Assembly: GCA_963931495.1 (NCBI GenBank)
Contig: OZ007020.1
Coordinates: 363,338-427,337 of the forward strand
Direction: 5' to 3'
Length of the DNA: 64,000 nucleotides
From: an uncultured Alphaproteobacteria bacterium
Lineage (GTDB): Bacteria > Pseudomonadota > Alphaproteobacteria > Rs-D84
Position numbers and translations under genes: made by a program. The stretch's first letter is position 1, and each line of letters begins with the position of its first letter. A model generated the notes under the pieces. It had not been told where the DNA came from. It saw only the letters and a program-made list of their open reading frames with translations, and made no database searches. Shown here in pieces: positions 38,535-49,468 of the stretch.

Positions 38535-38867
38535 ATGGCAGAAAAGAAAGTTACATCAGAAAAAAAAGTCGTTGCGACCGCCGGTATTTATGATATACTG
38601 CGTCGCCCGATAATTTCGGAAAAGGCGGCAAAATTGTCTGAAAGCAATGGTGTTGCATTTGAAATTGCACCGAATGCAACCAAGGCAGATGTCGTTCGCG
38701 CAGTCCAAGCAATTTACAATGTAAAACCGATAAAGGTGAACATTGTTGTTGCCAAGGGAAAAATTAAATCTTTCCGTGGACGTGGTGCGGGCGCACAACG
38801 TGCAGTTAAAAAGGCATATGTATCTTTGCCGGCAGATGCAAAATTGGATTTATCGGCAAATATATAA
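38535..38867 (+). CDS. rplW: 50S ribosomal protein L23
   Basis: Position between rplD and rplB; size. Confidence 0.88.
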   Translation: MAEKKVTSEKKVVATAGIYDILRRPIISEKAAKLSESNGVAFEIAPNATKADVVRAVQAIYNVKPIKVNIVVAKGKIKSFRGRGAGAQRAVKKAYVSLPADAKLDLSANI

Positions 38868-38940
38868 TATAAACACAGTCTTGGCAGAGAACCCACAAAA
38901 ATGGATGTTATTGTCAAGATAAAATAAAAAGGTAATAAAA

Positions 38941-39774
38941 ATGGCATTAAAACATTACAAGCCAAATACAGCAGGAACACGTGGTTTGACATTGGTTGAC
39001 CACAGTGATTTGCACCGTGGCGCACCAGAAAAGTCGCTGACTGTTGGGTTAAAGTCCAAGGGTGGACGTAATAATTTTGGACATGTGACGGTTATGCACC
39101 AAGGTGGCGGTCACAAACGTAAATATCGTTTAATTGATTTTGCCCGCAAGAAAAAAGGCGTGCCGGCAACTGTTGTTCGTTTGGAATATGATCCGAATCG
39201 TACAGCGTTTATCGCATTGATTGAATACACCGATGGTGCACGTTCGTATATTTTGGCACCGCGTGATTTGAAAGTTGGCGATGTTGTTGTTTCTGGGGAT
39301 CGTGAAGATATTAAACCAGGTAATGCAATGCCGTTGAAAAATATGCCGATTGGTACAATTGTGCATAATGTTGAATTAAAACCAGGTGCCGGCGGCCAAT
39401 TGGCGCGCAGTGCTGGTTGCTATGCCCAATTAATGGGTAAAGATGGTGTGTATGCCCAGATTAAAATGAACAGCGGCGAATTACGCAAGGTTCATTCTGA
39501 TTGTATGGCAACAGTTGGCAGCGTGTCAAATCCAGACCAGCGTAATGTTAACCTGGGCAAGGCTGGACGTGCACGTTGGTTGGGTATTCGTCCATCTGTT
39601 CGTGGTATGGCCCAGAATCCTGTGGATCACCCAATGGGTGGTGGTAATGGCCATTCCAAGGGTCATGAACCTGTATCGCGTACTGGTATCCCGGCCAAGG
39701 GTTATCGCACACGCAAGAATAAACGTACTGCAAAGATGATTATCCGCAGCAGACATTTGGCAAAGAAAAAATAA
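38941..39774 (+). CDS. rplB: 50S ribosomal protein L2
   Basis: [15 protein letters not shown]... Confidence 0.95.
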   Translation: MALKHYKPNTAGTRGLTLVDHSDLHRGAPEKSLTVGLKSKGGRNNFGHVTVMHQGGGHKRKYRLIDFARKKKGVPATVVRLEYDPNRTAFIALIEYTDGARSYILAPRDLKVGDVVVSGDREDIKPGNAMPLKNMPIGTIVHNVELKPGAGGQLARSAGCYAQLMGKDGVYAQIKMNSGELRKVHSDCMATVGSVSNPDQRNVNLGKAGRARWLGIRPSVRGMAQNPVDHPMGGGNGHSKGHEPVSRTGIPAKGYRTRKNKRTAKMIIRSRHLAKKK

Positions 39775-39793
39775 TATAAAAACGGAGTGATTA

Positions 39794-40075
39794 ATGTCTC
39801 GTTCAATATGGAAAGGTCCTTATGTTCATCCGTCTGTGCTGAAGAAAGTTGCGGCGGCAAATGAAAAAAATGATCATAAGCCGATTAAAACTTGGTCCCG
39901 TGGCAGTACAATTATACCGCCAATGGTTGGTTTAACCTTTGAAGTTCACAATGGAAATAAATTTATTCCGGTGTCTGTCGTAGAAGATATGATTGGACAT
40001 AAATTGGGCGAATTTGCCCCAACGCGTACATTCAAAGGACACGCAGCGAATAAAAAAGCCGCAGCGGCAAAATAA
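39794..40075 (+). CDS. rpsS: 30S ribosomal protein S19
   Basis: [18 protein letters not shown]... Confidence 0.93.
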   Translation: MSRSIWKGPYVHPSVLKKVAAANEKNDHKPIKTWSRGSTIIPPMVGLTFEVHNGNKFIPVSVVEDMIGHKLGEFAPTRTFKGHAANKKAAAAK

Positions 40076-40090
40076 TAAAGGGTTACAGTT

Positions 40091-40507
40091 ATGACAACAG
40101 CAAGATATGGAATTAAAGATAACCAAGTGCGTGCGTTTAACAGACTGATTCGTATCAGCCATCAGAAATTGAACTTGGTGTGTGATACTGTTCGTGGGTT
40201 GCCAGTTGCGCGTGCGATTGATGTCTTGAAATTTTCAAAAAAGCGCGTTTCTGGGGAAGTTTTGAAGACTTTGTTGTCGGCAATTGCAAATGCAGAACAT
40301 AATAAAAATTTGCCGGCAGACAGTTTGTACATCAAAGAAATTTGGTGTGGCAAAGCGTTGACAATGAAACGTATTATGCCGGCGTCCCAGGGACGCGCAC
40401 GTCCGATTTTGAAACCGTTTTCAAATCTGACGATTGTTTTGGAATCTGGGGTGGCGCCATCCAAGAAAAAAGAAACAAAGGCAAAAAAACAAGAAAAGGC
40501 AAAATAA
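40091..40507 (+). CDS. rplV: 50S ribosomal protein L22, with a Lys-rich C-terminal tail
   Basis: Position and sequence. Confidence 0.9.
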   Translation: MTTARYGIKDNQVRAFNRLIRISHQKLNLVCDTVRGLPVARAIDVLKFSKKRVSGEVLKTLLSAIANAEHNKNLPADSLYIKEIWCGKALTMKRIMPASQGRARPILKPFSNLTIVLESGVAPSKKKETKAKKQEKAK

Positions 40508-40603
40508 TAAATACGGCAAGTGGTATGGATGAAAATCCTGAATAAAGCCGATGCCAAGGCTTCAAGAACACTTGCCATAAAAAAACACTAAGGGAAAAGT
40601 AAA

Positions 40604-41305
40604 ATGGGACAGAAAGTATCACCAGTTTCATTACGCGAATTTATTAACAAGATTACTGATTCGCGTTGGATTGCGGGTAAAAAAGACTATGCAGGTTTGC
40701 TGGCCGAAGATATCAAAATTCGCAACTTTATTGAAAAAAAGTTGAAAAAAGCCGGCTTGGCCAAGGTTGTTATAGAACGCTTTGCAAAGAAAGTTGTTGT
40801 TACTATTCATACGTCACGGCCAGGTATGATTATCGGTAAAAATGGTGCTGATATTGAAACGTTGCGTAACGATATTAAAAAACTGGTTAAAAATGACCAA
40901 GTTGTTGTGAATATTTATGAAGTTCGTCGCCCGGACTTGAATGCACAATTGGTTGCCCAGAATATTGCACAGCAAATAGAAGGGCGTGTTTCATTCAAGC
41001 GCGCAATGAAAAAGGCGGTTCAAAATGCACTGAAAGCAGGTGCCCAAGGCATCAAGGTTATGTGTTCTGGGCGTCTGAATGGTGCAGAAATTGCCCGCAG
41101 TGAACAAATTCGCGAAGGTCGCATCCCATTGCATACTTTGCGTGCCGATATTGACTATGCGTCAATCCAGGCGAAAACAACGTACGGGGTTATTGGTGTG
41201 AAAGTTTGGATTTACACTGGTGACGTCGTAAACAAGGAAAAGTTGGCATCTGAAATGGCACGTCCAGCCGAATATGCCGGCACCAGCGAAAGAAAAAGCA
41301 AGTAA
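40604..41305 (+). CDS. rpsC: 30S ribosomal protein S3
   Basis: [11 protein letters not shown]...KH domain. Confidence 0.93.
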   Translation: MGQKVSPVSLREFINKITDSRWIAGKKDYAGLLAEDIKIRNFIEKKLKKAGLAKVVIERFAKKVVVTIHTSRPGMIIGKNGADIETLRNDIKKLVKNDQVVVNIYEVRRPDLNAQLVAQNIAQQIEGRVSFKRAMKKAVQNALKAGAQGIKVMCSGRLNGAEIARSEQIREGRIPLHTLRADIDYASIQAKTTYGVIGVKVWIYTGDVVNKEKLASEMARPAEYAGTSERKSK

Positions 41306-41372
41306 TTTTTGTCGGCATCTATATGGTGTCGGGACGACAAAAATTAAAAACAGAAATTAAAAGGTTGTTATT

Positions 41373-41786
41373 ATGTTAATGCCAAATAAAACAAAATTTC
41401 GCAAACAGCACAAAGGGCGTATTCACGGTGTTGCCAAAGGCGGCAGTGAATTGGCGTTTGGGTCGTTTGGTCTGAAAGCAATGACGCCGGAACGTGTCAC
41501 CGCGCGTCAAATAGAGGCGGCACGTCGTGCAATTACCCGTCATATGCGTCGTATGGGGAAATTGTGGATTCGTGTTTTCCCGGATGTTCCAGTTACTAAA
41601 AAACCAGCCGAAGTCCGTATGGGTAAGGGTAAAGGTGCGGTTGAATACTGGATTTGCCGCGTAAAGCCAGGACGCATCTTGTTTGAACTGGATGGTGTTA
41701 AACCAGAAGTTGCATATGAAGCGTTTGCATTGGCCGCAGCAAAGTTGCCGGTTAAAACAAAAGTGGTTGAACGCAAAGTTAACTAA
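41373..41786 (+). CDS. rplP: 50S ribosomal protein L16
   Basis: [16 protein letters not shown]... Confidence 0.93.
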   Translation: MLMPNKTKFRKQHKGRIHGVAKGGSELAFGSFGLKAMTPERVTARQIEAARRAITRHMRRMGKLWIRVFPDVPVTKKPAEVRMGKGKGAVEYWICRVKPGRILFELDGVKPEVAYEAFALAAAKLPVKTKVVERKVN

Positions 41787-41844
41787 GTTGATAAGAACGT
41801 TATATTTTTCGCACTGGGGCGGAATATGACAAAAGGGTTAAAAA

Positions 41845-42039
41845 ATGGCAGAAAAAAAAGTTGAAAAAGAAACTTTGACAGCAGAAGCGTTGCAAAGCAA
41901 ACTGGAAAACTTGAAAAAAGAACAAATGAATCAACGTTTCCAGCATGCCGCCGGACAAATGGCGAAAACGCACGTTATGCGCCAGACGCGGCGTGAAATT
42001 GCGCGTGTGAAAACACAAATTAACGCGTCAAAAAAATAA
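41845..42039 (+). CDS. rpmC: 50S ribosomal protein L29
   Basis: Position and size (64 aa), helical Lys/Glu-rich. Confidence 0.85.
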   Translation: MAEKKVEKETLTAEALQSKLENLKKEQMNQRFQHAAGQMAKTHVMRQTRREIARVKTQINASKK

Positions 42040-42161
42040 ATCACCGATTTTTGTTGAGATTTCTAAATTTTTAGATATCATATTCCGAAATCGGGTAAAA
42101 TGTGTGCTGGGGGGGCGGTAATGCACAAACCAGCGTAAATAAATGTAAGGGAATAATAGTT

Positions 42162-42431
42162 ATGCCAAGACGTATACTGCAAGGAACAGTTAAAAGTACA
42201 GCAAATGACAAAACAGTCGTGGTGGAAGTTGAACGTCGTTTTCGTCATCCGCTGTATGGTAAATTTGTTAAGCAGAATAAAAAGTACAAGGCGCACGATG
42301 AAAACAACGAATACAAAGTTGGTGATATCGTCGCAATTGAAGAACATCGTCCAATTTCCAAGACAAAAACTTGGGTGGTCAAAGGGCGCGTTGGTGTGTC
42401 CAAAGACGAAACAGTGGATGTTGTTGAATAA
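42162..42431 (+). CDS. rpsQ: 30S ribosomal protein S17
   Basis: [25 protein letters not shown]... The internal ATG at 42162 is taken as the start; the ORF track begins at 42102. Confidence 0.9.
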   Translation: MPRRILQGTVKSTANDKTVVVEVERRFRHPLYGKFVKQNKKYKAHDENNEYKVGDIVAIEEHRPISKTKTWVVKGRVGVSKDETVDVVE

Positions 42432-42546
42432 TATCACACAGGGTCTTTGAGGTTTGGCACGTAATATCTTTATGGCGCCAGACAGTCGGAACCTGGGATA
42501 ACAAAGCAGTGGGGGATTGCCCCACGTGCAGGATAAAGGTGAAGTT

Positions 42547-42921
42547 ATGATACAAAATGAAACAGTTATGACGGTTGCAGATAATTCTGGGGCACGCAAG
42601 GCAATGTGTATCAAAGTCTTGGGTGGTTCGCACCGTCGTTATGCAACAGTTGGTGATAAAATTGTTGTTGCCATCAAAGAAGCAATTCCACGTGGCAAAG
42701 TTCAAAAAGGTACGGTACAACGTGCAATTATCGTTCGTACAAAGTTTCCGGTAAAACGTCCGGATGGTTCAATTATTCGTTTTGATGACAATGCAGTTGT
42801 TTTGATAAACAAAAATAATTTTGAACCAATTGGTACACGTATTTTTGGGCCGATTGCGCGTGAAGTTCGTCGTAAATATGATGTTCAGAAAATTGTGTCT
42901 TTGGCACCAGAAGTTATTTAA
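42547..42921 (+). CDS. rplN: 50S ribosomal protein L14
   Basis: [33 protein letters not shown]... Confidence 0.95.
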   Translation: MIQNETVMTVADNSGARKAMCIKVLGGSHRRYATVGDKIVVAIKEAIPRGKVQKGTVQRAIIVRTKFPVKRPDGSIIRFDDNAVVLINKNNFEPIGTRIFGPIAREVRRKYDVQKIVSLAPEVI

Positions 42922-42965
42922 TTTTGGGTCAATGGCAAGCATGATGTAGACAAAGGATTGGGAAA

Positions 42966-43268
42966 ATGAAAATCAAAAAAGGCGACGAAGTCGTAGTTAT
43001 TTCGGGAAAATATAAAGGCGTTAAAGGTAAAGTCTTGGAAGCGCGCCCGTCTGAATCCCGCGTTGTTGTAGAAGGTGTCAATCGCCACAAGTGGCATGTG
43101 AAACCAACACAAGAACAACCAGGACATATTGTTGATCGCGAAGCACCGATACATGTTTCTAATGTTGCGTTGGTGGATCCGAAAACAAAAAAGCCGTCAC
43201 GCGTTGGATATAAGGTTGATGGTGATAAAAAAGTTCGCATTGCAAAGAAATCTGGTGCGGAATTATAA
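42966..43268 (+). CDS. rplX: 50S ribosomal protein L24
   Basis: [18 protein letters not shown]... Confidence 0.93.
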   Translation: MKIKKGDEVVVISGKYKGVKGKVLEARPSESRVVVEGVNRHKWHVKPTQEQPGHIVDREAPIHVSNVALVDPKTKKPSRVGYKVDGDKKVRIAKKSGAEL

Positions 43269-43317
43269 TAAAGAATGTTTCCCGCTGTTACGGGAATAAA
43301 ACGTTAAGGAATAAAAA

Positions 43318-43863
43318 ATGCAAAGCAGATTGCGTGAAGTTTATGAAAAAGAAATTGTTCCTGAATTAATTAAAGAATTCGGGTACACGAATCCTTTGGC
43401 GGTTCCAAAACTGACCAAAATTGTTTTGAATATGGGCGTTGGCGAGGCCGTTAATGATAAAAAGAAATTGGATGCGGCGGTGACTGATTTAACCGCGATT
43501 GCCGCACAAAAGCCGGTCGTTACGCATGCAAAAAAATCTATTGCAACGTATCGTTTGCGCGAAGGTCAACCCATCGGTACCAAGGTGACGTTGCGTGGCA
43601 AAAGAATGTATGATTTCTTAGACAAATTAATTACGGTCGCATTGCCACGTGTAAAGGATTTTCGTGGATTATCAAAGTCTAAATTTGATGGACGTGGTAA
43701 TTATGCGTTCGGTATCAAGGAACACTTGATTTTCCCAGAAATTTCCGTTGATAAAATTGACGCAATCCGTGGAATGGATATCGTCATTGCAACAACGGCA
43801 AAAACAGATGATGAAGCGCGTGCATTGCTGACTAAAATCGGGTTGCCGCTGGTTCTGAAATAA
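43318..43863 (+). CDS. rplE: 50S ribosomal protein L5
   Basis: Position and sequence. Confidence 0.93.
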   Translation: MQSRLREVYEKEIVPELIKEFGYTNPLAVPKLTKIVLNMGVGEAVNDKKKLDAAVTDLTAIAAQKPVVTHAKKSIATYRLREGQPIGTKVTLRGKRMYDFLDKLITVALPRVKDFRGLSKSKFDGRGNYAFGIKEHLIFPEISVDKIDAIRGMDIVIATTAKTDDEARALLTKIGLPLVLK

Positions 43864-43878
43864 TAAAAGGTAATACAA

Positions 43879-44181
43879 ATGGCGAAATTAGCGTTAATTA
43901 ATAAACAAAAAAAACGTGAAAAGTTGGTCGCGCAATATGCCAAAAAACGTGCATCTATTAAAGAAAAGATGTCTGTGAATGCAACACCAGATGAACGTAT
44001 GGATGCAATGAAAAAATTGGCAAAATTGCCACGTAATGCAAATCCAACAAGACTGCATAATCGTTGTTCTGTTACAGGGCGTGCACGCGGGTATTTCCGT
44101 TTGTTTGGTCTGTGCCGTCAACAGGTTCGTACCATGGCATCCGAAGGTAAATTGCCGGGCGTACGCAAGTCCAGTTGGTAA
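43879..44181 (+). CDS. rpsN: 30S ribosomal protein S14 (long, 100-aa form)
   Basis: MAKLALINKQKKREKL... Confidence 0.92.
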   Translation: MAKLALINKQKKREKLVAQYAKKRASIKEKMSVNATPDERMDAMKKLAKLPRNANPTRLHNRCSVTGRARGYFRLFGLCRQQVRTMASEGKLPGVRKSSW

Positions 44182-44266
44182 TTTGTGTTTTTATTAAATC
44201 CCCAGTTGTGGACAATGCAGCTGGGCATCAGTTTGGGGAAACCCACTGAGTAACAAGGAGTAAAAG

Positions 44267-44665
44267 ATGTCATTATCACACCCAATCGGAGATATGCTGA
44301 CCCGTATTCGTAACGGTCAGAATGCCGGTAAAGAATTTGTGACTGTCCCAAACAGCAAACTGCGCGCAGCAGTGTTGGCGGTGTTAAAGGACGAAGGTTT
44401 TATCACTGATTTTCATAAAGAACAAATTGACGAACATCGCGCTAATTTGGTTGTTGAATTGAAATATATTAACGGAAATGGCGCAATCCAAGATATTACA
44501 GTCGTTTCAAAGCCTGGACGTCGTGTATATTCAGGCAGTGCAAAAATGCCACGCGTACTGAATGGATTGGGCATCGCGATTGTTTCAACACCAAATGGTG
44601 TTATGACAGATCACAAGGCTCGCTTGATGAATGTTGGTGGCGAAGTGTTGTGCAAGGTTATATAA
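44267..44665 (+). CDS. rpsH: 30S ribosomal protein S8
   Basis: MSLSHPIGDMLTRIRNGQ... Confidence 0.95.
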   Translation: MSLSHPIGDMLTRIRNGQNAGKEFVTVPNSKLRAAVLAVLKDEGFITDFHKEQIDEHRANLVVELKYINGNGAIQDITVVSKPGRRVYSGSAKMPRVLNGLGIAIVSTPNGVMTDHKARLMNVGGEVLCKVI

Positions 44666-44686
44666 TTAAGGTAAGCGAGGTTTAAT

Positions 44687-45238
44687 ATGTCACGTGCAGG
44701 AAAACATCCAGTAAAATTGACCCAAGGCGTTACAGCGGCAATCGCAGATGGCGTCTTGACAGTCAAGGGACCAAAAGGTGAAATAAAATTACCGTTGGAT
44801 ACAAAGCATGCCGGACTGGTTGATGTCGTAATTGAATCGGACCAAGTTGTTGTTACACCAAAAGATGCCGAAGATAAAACATCGCGGGCAATGTGGGGTA
44901 CAATGACGCGTAATGTTCGGGCGGCGGTTATCGGGGTTACAGACGGATTTTCAAAAGAAATGTACATGAATGGTGTCGGATATAAAGCATCAGTCAGTGG
45001 TAATAAATTAGTTCTGGGGGCGGGATATTCGCATGACGTCGTTATGGAAATCCCAGATGGACTGACCGTAAAAATGGGTGACAAGCCAACAGAATTTATA
45101 ATCAGTGGTTCTGACAAGTGCTTGGTCGGACAATTTGCAGATAAAGTGCATAAAGTTCGTAAACCAGATCCGTATAAAGGAAAAGGTATTTTCTATAAGG
45201 GCGAAAGAATTCGTCGCAAAGAAGGTAAAAAGAAATAA
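44687..45238 (+). CDS. rplF: 50S ribosomal protein L6
   Basis: MSRAGKHPVKLTQGV... Confidence 0.93.
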   Translation: MSRAGKHPVKLTQGVTAAIADGVLTVKGPKGEIKLPLDTKHAGLVDVVIESDQVVVTPKDAEDKTSRAMWGTMTRNVRAAVIGVTDGFSKEMYMNGVGYKASVSGNKLVLGAGYSHDVVMEIPDGLTVKMGDKPTEFIISGSDKCLVGQFADKVHKVRKPDPYKGKGIFYKGERIRRKEGKKK

Positions 45239-45289
45239 TAAATAATGGCACGTTCCCGCTGTTACGGGAATTGGAAAAAAGGAAACAAA

Positions 45290-45646
45290 ATGTTAAAACA
45301 TTTATCTACGGAAGAAAGACGTACATTGAAAATTCGCGGTGCGTTAAAAAGAAAAAATCCGGGCAAAATCCGTTTGTCGGTTTTCCGTTCCGGACGTCAT
45401 ATTGAAATTCAGGCAATTGACGATGTCAAAGGACATACAATCTGTTCGGCATCATCCAAAGAAAAGAATTTCAAAGGCAAGGGTTGGAATGTCGCAGGGG
45501 CTGAAATGGTCGGTAAAGCATTCGCAGAACGCGCTGTAAAAGCGAAAATCGCGGATAATTGCTATTTTGATCGTGGTGGTTACCGTTATCATGGTCGTGT
45601 AAAAGCACTGTGCGAAGCAATCCGCGCGGGTGGTATTAGAATATAA
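45290..45646 (+). CDS. rplR: 50S ribosomal protein L18
   Basis: MLKHLSTEERRTLKIRGALK... The ORF track start at 45245 is a 5' extension. Confidence 0.9.
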   Translation: MLKHLSTEERRTLKIRGALKRKNPGKIRLSVFRSGRHIEIQAIDDVKGHTICSASSKEKNFKGKGWNVAGAEMVGKAFAERAVKAKIADNCYFDRGGYRYHGRVKALCEAIRAGGIRI

Positions 45647-45663
45647 AGTAACGGAGTTTTATA

Positions 45664-46224
45664 ATGGCACGTTTTGATGATAAGAAATTACAAACGGATA
45701 ATTTAGTAGATAAACTGGTTTCTATTAACCGGGTGTCTAAGACTGTTAAGGGCGGACGCAACATGTCCTTTGCGGCATTGGTCGTCGTTGGTGATAAAGC
45801 AGGGCGCGTCGGTTTTGGTAAAGGCAAGGCGTTGGAAGTACAAAGTGCAGTGCAAAAAGCAACCAAGGCAGCCAAGGCAAAAATGATACGGGTTCCGTTG
45901 AAAGAAGGGCGCACGTTGCATCATGATATTTCTGCAAAATATGGCGCAAGTAAATTGGTGGTGCGCAGTGCGGTTCCAGGTACGGGTATTATCGCCGGTG
46001 GCGCGTTGCGTGCAGTATTTGAATGTCTGGGGGTCCAGGACGTTGTTGTAAAGTCCCAGGGTTCTAATACACCAAATAATATGATTCGTGCAGTGTTTTC
46101 GGCGTTCAGCAAAATGAATTCACCAAAAACTGTTGCGGCGCGCCGTGGCAAAAGTGTTGCGGAAATTATCGCTGGCCGTGATGGTAAAAAACTGGACACC
46201 GCAGAAGCCACCGCAGAAAAATAA
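45664..46224 (+). CDS. rpsE: 30S ribosomal protein S5
   Basis: ...[24 protein letters not shown]... Confidence 0.95.
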   Translation: MARFDDKKLQTDNLVDKLVSINRVSKTVKGGRNMSFAALVVVGDKAGRVGFGKGKALEVQSAVQKATKAAKAKMIRVPLKEGRTLHHDISAKYGASKLVVRSAVPGTGIIAGGALRAVFECLGVQDVVVKSQGSNTPNNMIRAVFSAFSKMNSPKTVAARRGKSVAEIIAGRDGKKLDTAEATAEK

Positions 46225-46262
46225 TCAACGGGCATTACGCCAATAAATAACGGAGATTAATT

Positions 46263-46442
46263 ATGGCAAAAATTACAGTAAAACAGGTGAAAAGTATTAT
46301 TGGCCGCCCAACAGCACAACGCAAGATTATTGCTGCGCTGGGGTTGGGACGTATCGGAAAGTGCAAAGAACATGAAGATACCCCGGCGGTTCGTGGCATG
46401 GTTGCCAAGGTTTCACACCTGGTTGAAGTTGTGGAAAAATAA
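46263..46442 (+). CDS. rpmD: 50S ribosomal protein L30 (59 aa; missing from the ORF track, which is cut off at 60 aa)
   Basis: Hand translation: MAKITVKQVKSIIGRPTAQRKIIAALGLGRIGKCKEHEDTPAVRGMVAKVSHLVEVVEK*. The overlapping +frame ORF 46300..46527 is spurious. Confidence 0.85.
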   Translation: MAKITVKQVKSIIGRPTAQRKIIAALGLGRIGKCKEHEDTPAVRGMVAKVSHLVEVVEK

Positions 46443-46523
46443 ATTTGTTAAACCGAGTATGTCAGATTTGGCATGCGACAAAGAACTGGGTTACAATAGT
46501 TCGCAGGATAAAAAGGAAAAAAT

Positions 46524-46982
46524 ATGAAACTGAATGCATTAATGGATAATTTCGGCGCACGCGCAAATGCAAAGCGTGTCGGACGTGGTATCGGTTCAGG
46601 TATGGGTAAAACATCTGGACGTGGTAACAAAGGACAAAAAGCACGCAGCGGTTCACGTAAACAGGCGACATTCCAAGGTGGACAGATGCCGATTTTGCGT
46701 CGCTTTCCAAAATTTGGGTTCAATAATCCGTTTGCAAAAGAATATGTGACAATCAACTTGGGCGATATTGAAAAGTTTATTGCATCTGGGAAAATTGATC
46801 CAAAATCACCAATTACAATTGATTCTCTGTTGGGTGCAAAAATTATTAACCGCACAAAATCTGGGTTAAAGATTTTGGCCAAAGGCGAAATAAAGACATC
46901 TGTGAATATTATTGCCGATAAATGGTCCAAGGCGGCCGAAGAAGCAATTGTTAAAGCAGGTGGAACAATTAAAAATAAATAA
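46524..46982 (+). CDS. rplO: 50S ribosomal protein L15
   Basis: MKLNALMDNFGARANAKRVGRGIGSGMGKTSGRGNKGQKARSG... Confidence 0.93.
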   Translation: MKLNALMDNFGARANAKRVGRGIGSGMGKTSGRGNKGQKARSGSRKQATFQGGQMPILRRFPKFGFNNPFAKEYVTINLGDIEKFIASGKIDPKSPITIDSLLGAKIINRTKSGLKILAKGEIKTSVNIIADKWSKAAEEAIVKAGGTIKNK

Positions 46983-47045
46983 TTTAATGTGTTTGCACCT
47001 GGGGGAAAAACTGGGTGCAAACAAATAATTGAAAAGTCGTATCGC

Positions 47046-48362
47046 ATGAAATTTTTGAGAGAATTTTTTGGAAGTATGTCCGATTTGCAAAAGCGCATAT
47101 TGTTTACGCTGGGTGCGCTGGTTGTATATCGTATCGGTTCTTTTATTCCATTGCCGGGGGTAAATGCGTCTGCGGTGTTACATCTGTTTTCTGGCGAAGG
47201 CAGTGGCATGATGGGAATGTTTGATATGTTCGCCGGCGGTTCTTTGTCGCGTATGTCGGTGTTGGCATTGAACATTTTCCCGTATATTTCTGCATCTATC
47301 GTGTTACAACTGTTAACAGCGACCAGCAAATCTTTAAGTGAACTGCGTAAAGAGGGCGAATCTGGGCGTATCAAAATCAATCAGTATACCCGTTATTTAG
47401 CGGTGTTCTTGGCAATTATTCAAGGATGGGCCGTTGTTCGTGGACTGGAAGTGATGGCGCCTGTTAATGGGGTGCCGGCTGTTGTTAATCCGGGATTTGC
47501 ATTTGAACTGTCGGCGATTATTGCGCTGGTTGGTGGTACGGTATTTGTAATGTGGTTGGCCGAACAAATCACAGCACGTGGCATTGGCCAGGGGGCGTCT
47601 TTATTGATTTTTGCCGGTATTATTGCCGAAGTGCCAAGTGGAATCGCGCAACTGGTTTCACTGGGGTCGGTTGGCCAGATTTCACCAGCAATGATTGCGT
47701 TAATTGTGGCATTCGTTATCGGAATTATCGCGCTGATTGCGTTCTTTGAACAGGCACAGCGGCGTATACAGATTTTGTATCCGCGTCAAGTTATGGCGAA
47801 CGGGGTCGTTAATACAAATGCGTCTTATTTGCCAATCAAGGTCAATATGTCGGGCGTTATGGGACCGGTATTTGCCGCAAGTATAATGATGCTGCCGGCA
47901 TTTGTGCAGCGTTTTGTACAAAGTGAAAATCCGATTGTTCAGTCAATTATGGGATTCTTTACGTATGGTACGTGGTCGTACATCATTACATATACGATAT
48001 TAATCGCGTTCTTTGCGTATTTCCAGACAGCGGTTATATTTAATTCCGAAGAAACGGCAAACAACCTGAAAAATGCGGGTGGATATATCCCGGGCGTTCG
48101 TCCAGGTGAACAAACAATGCATTATTTAGATTCTGTTGTTTCGCGTACAACGGCAATTGGTGTTTTGTACTTGATCGTCGTTTGCGTTGTGCCGATTATT
48201 CTGAATTCGCATGCAGGTATGCCATTGGCAATCGGCGGTACCAGTGTGTTAATCGTTGCGGGGGTTGTACTGGATACCATGAATCAAGTTCAATCGTATC
48301 TGGTCGCAAAGCAATATAAAAGTGTTATTAAAAAGGCACAAAAAAAAGGACGGTTCCGTTAA
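47046..48362 (+). CDS. secY: Preprotein translocase subunit SecY
   Basis: MKFLREFFGSMSDLQKRILFTLGALVVYRIGSFIPLPGV...; 10 TM segments. Confidence 0.93.
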   Translation: MKFLREFFGSMSDLQKRILFTLGALVVYRIGSFIPLPGVNASAVLHLFSGEGSGMMGMFDMFAGGSLSRMSVLALNIFPYISASIVLQLLTATSKSLSELRKEGESGRIKINQYTRYLAVFLAIIQGWAVVRGLEVMAPVNGVPAVVNPGFAFELSAIIALVGGTVFVMWLAEQITARGIGQGASLLIFAGIIAEVPSGIAQLVSLGSVGQISPAMIALIVAFVIGIIALIAFFEQAQRRIQILYPRQVMANGVVNTNASYLPIKVNMSGVMGPVFAASIMMLPAFVQRFVQSENPIVQSIMGFFTYGTWSYIITYTILIAFFAYFQTAVIFNSEETANNLKNAGGYIPGVRPGEQTMHYLDSVVSRTTAIGVLYLIVVCVVPIILNSHAGMPLAIGGTSVLIVAGVVLDTMNQVQSYLVAKQYKSVIKKAQKKGRFR

Positions 48363-48482
48363 TATGATTTAATGAAATCGTAATAAAATTTGACTTTTGC
48401 CACATTTTTTATAAAATTATGCGGCGAGATAAAGTAAATAGGGCGCGTCGCGCGTCACGTAACATAAAAAGGAAAATAAAAA

Positions 48483-48860
48483 ATGGCACGTATAGCGGGG
48501 GTTAACATTCCGACAGAAAAGCGTATTGAAATCGCATTGCAATACATTCATGGTATTGGTCCGGCAAAGTCTGCACAGATTTGCAAGGCCTTGAAATTAA
48601 AAGATGGATTGCGCGCAAAAGATTTGACTGACGAGGATGTTGTTAAAATTTCAAGTTATATTGAACAAAACTTTAAGGTAGAAGGTGATGTTCGTCGTGA
48701 AGTGGCGATGAATATTAAACGTCTGCAAGATTTGAAAACATACCGTGGAATTCGTCATCGTAACCGCTTGCCGGTGCGTGGGCAACGGACGCAAACAAAT
48801 GCACGTACACGCAAAGGTAAACGCGTCGTTGTCGCGGGTTCCGCAGTAAAGGGTAAGTAA
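48483..48860 (+). CDS. rpsM: 30S ribosomal protein S13
   Basis: [26 protein letters not shown]... Confidence 0.95.
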   Translation: MARIAGVNIPTEKRIEIALQYIHGIGPAKSAQICKALKLKDGLRAKDLTDEDVVKISSYIEQNFKVEGDVRREVAMNIKRLQDLKTYRGIRHRNRLPVRGQRTQTNARTRKGKRVVVAGSAVKGK

Positions 48861-48925
48861 ATATATCCAATGGGTAGAGATTAACACCATAGTTAATTGA
48901 AGACATCTGATAAAGGGATAAAATA

Positions 48926-49309
48926 ATGGCAGTAACAAAAGCAAAAAAGAAAGTTGTTAAAAAAGTATCGCATGGCATCGCGCATGTTGTTGCGACAAAT
49001 AATAATACACGTATCACCATCACTGATCAATCAGGGGCGGTGTTGACATGGGCAACCGCTGGGGCAAATAATTTCAAGGGCGCAAAGAAATCTACGCCGT
49101 ATGCCGCAACAGTTGTCGCAGATGCAGTTGGTAAGAAAGTCGCAGAAATGGGCATGAAAACAGTTGATGTGTTAATGCGTGGTATTGGCCAGGGGCGTGA
49201 ATCTGCGGTGCGCGGTTTGGCAAATGCCGGATTGATTGTTCAATCTATTACGGATACAACCCGTATTCCACACAATGGTTGCCGTCCGAAAAAAGTACGT
49301 CGTGTATAA
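48926..49309 (+). CDS. rpsK: 30S ribosomal protein S11
   Basis: ...GIAHVVATNNNTRITITD... Confidence 0.95.
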   Translation: MAVTKAKKKVVKKVSHGIAHVVATNNNTRITITDQSGAVLTWATAGANNFKGAKKSTPYAATVVADAVGKKVAEMGMKTVDVLMRGIGQGRESAVRGLANAGLIVQSITDTTRIPHNGCRPKKVRRV

Positions 49310-49435
49310 AATATAATAATATATCTACTCGCGGTGGTGGGCGTGTATGTTCTGGTGATACATTTCGCAACCCCCACTGTGTGTATCTGTATCATTTTGT
49401 TTAATTTTCAAATCGGTAATAATCTTGATGTTAAA

Positions 49436-49468
49436 ATAAAAAAATCCGCGGATGCGGATTTTTTTTAT
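49436..49468. terminator. Bidirectional Rho-independent terminator
   Basis: aaaaaaatccgcggatgcggatttttttt. Confidence 0.6.

Noticed and set aside
46300-46527. 75-aa ORF from the ORF track
   Set aside because: It overlaps, in another frame, the hand-found rpmD (L30, 46263-46442), which has a perfect ribosomal-protein sequence and position.
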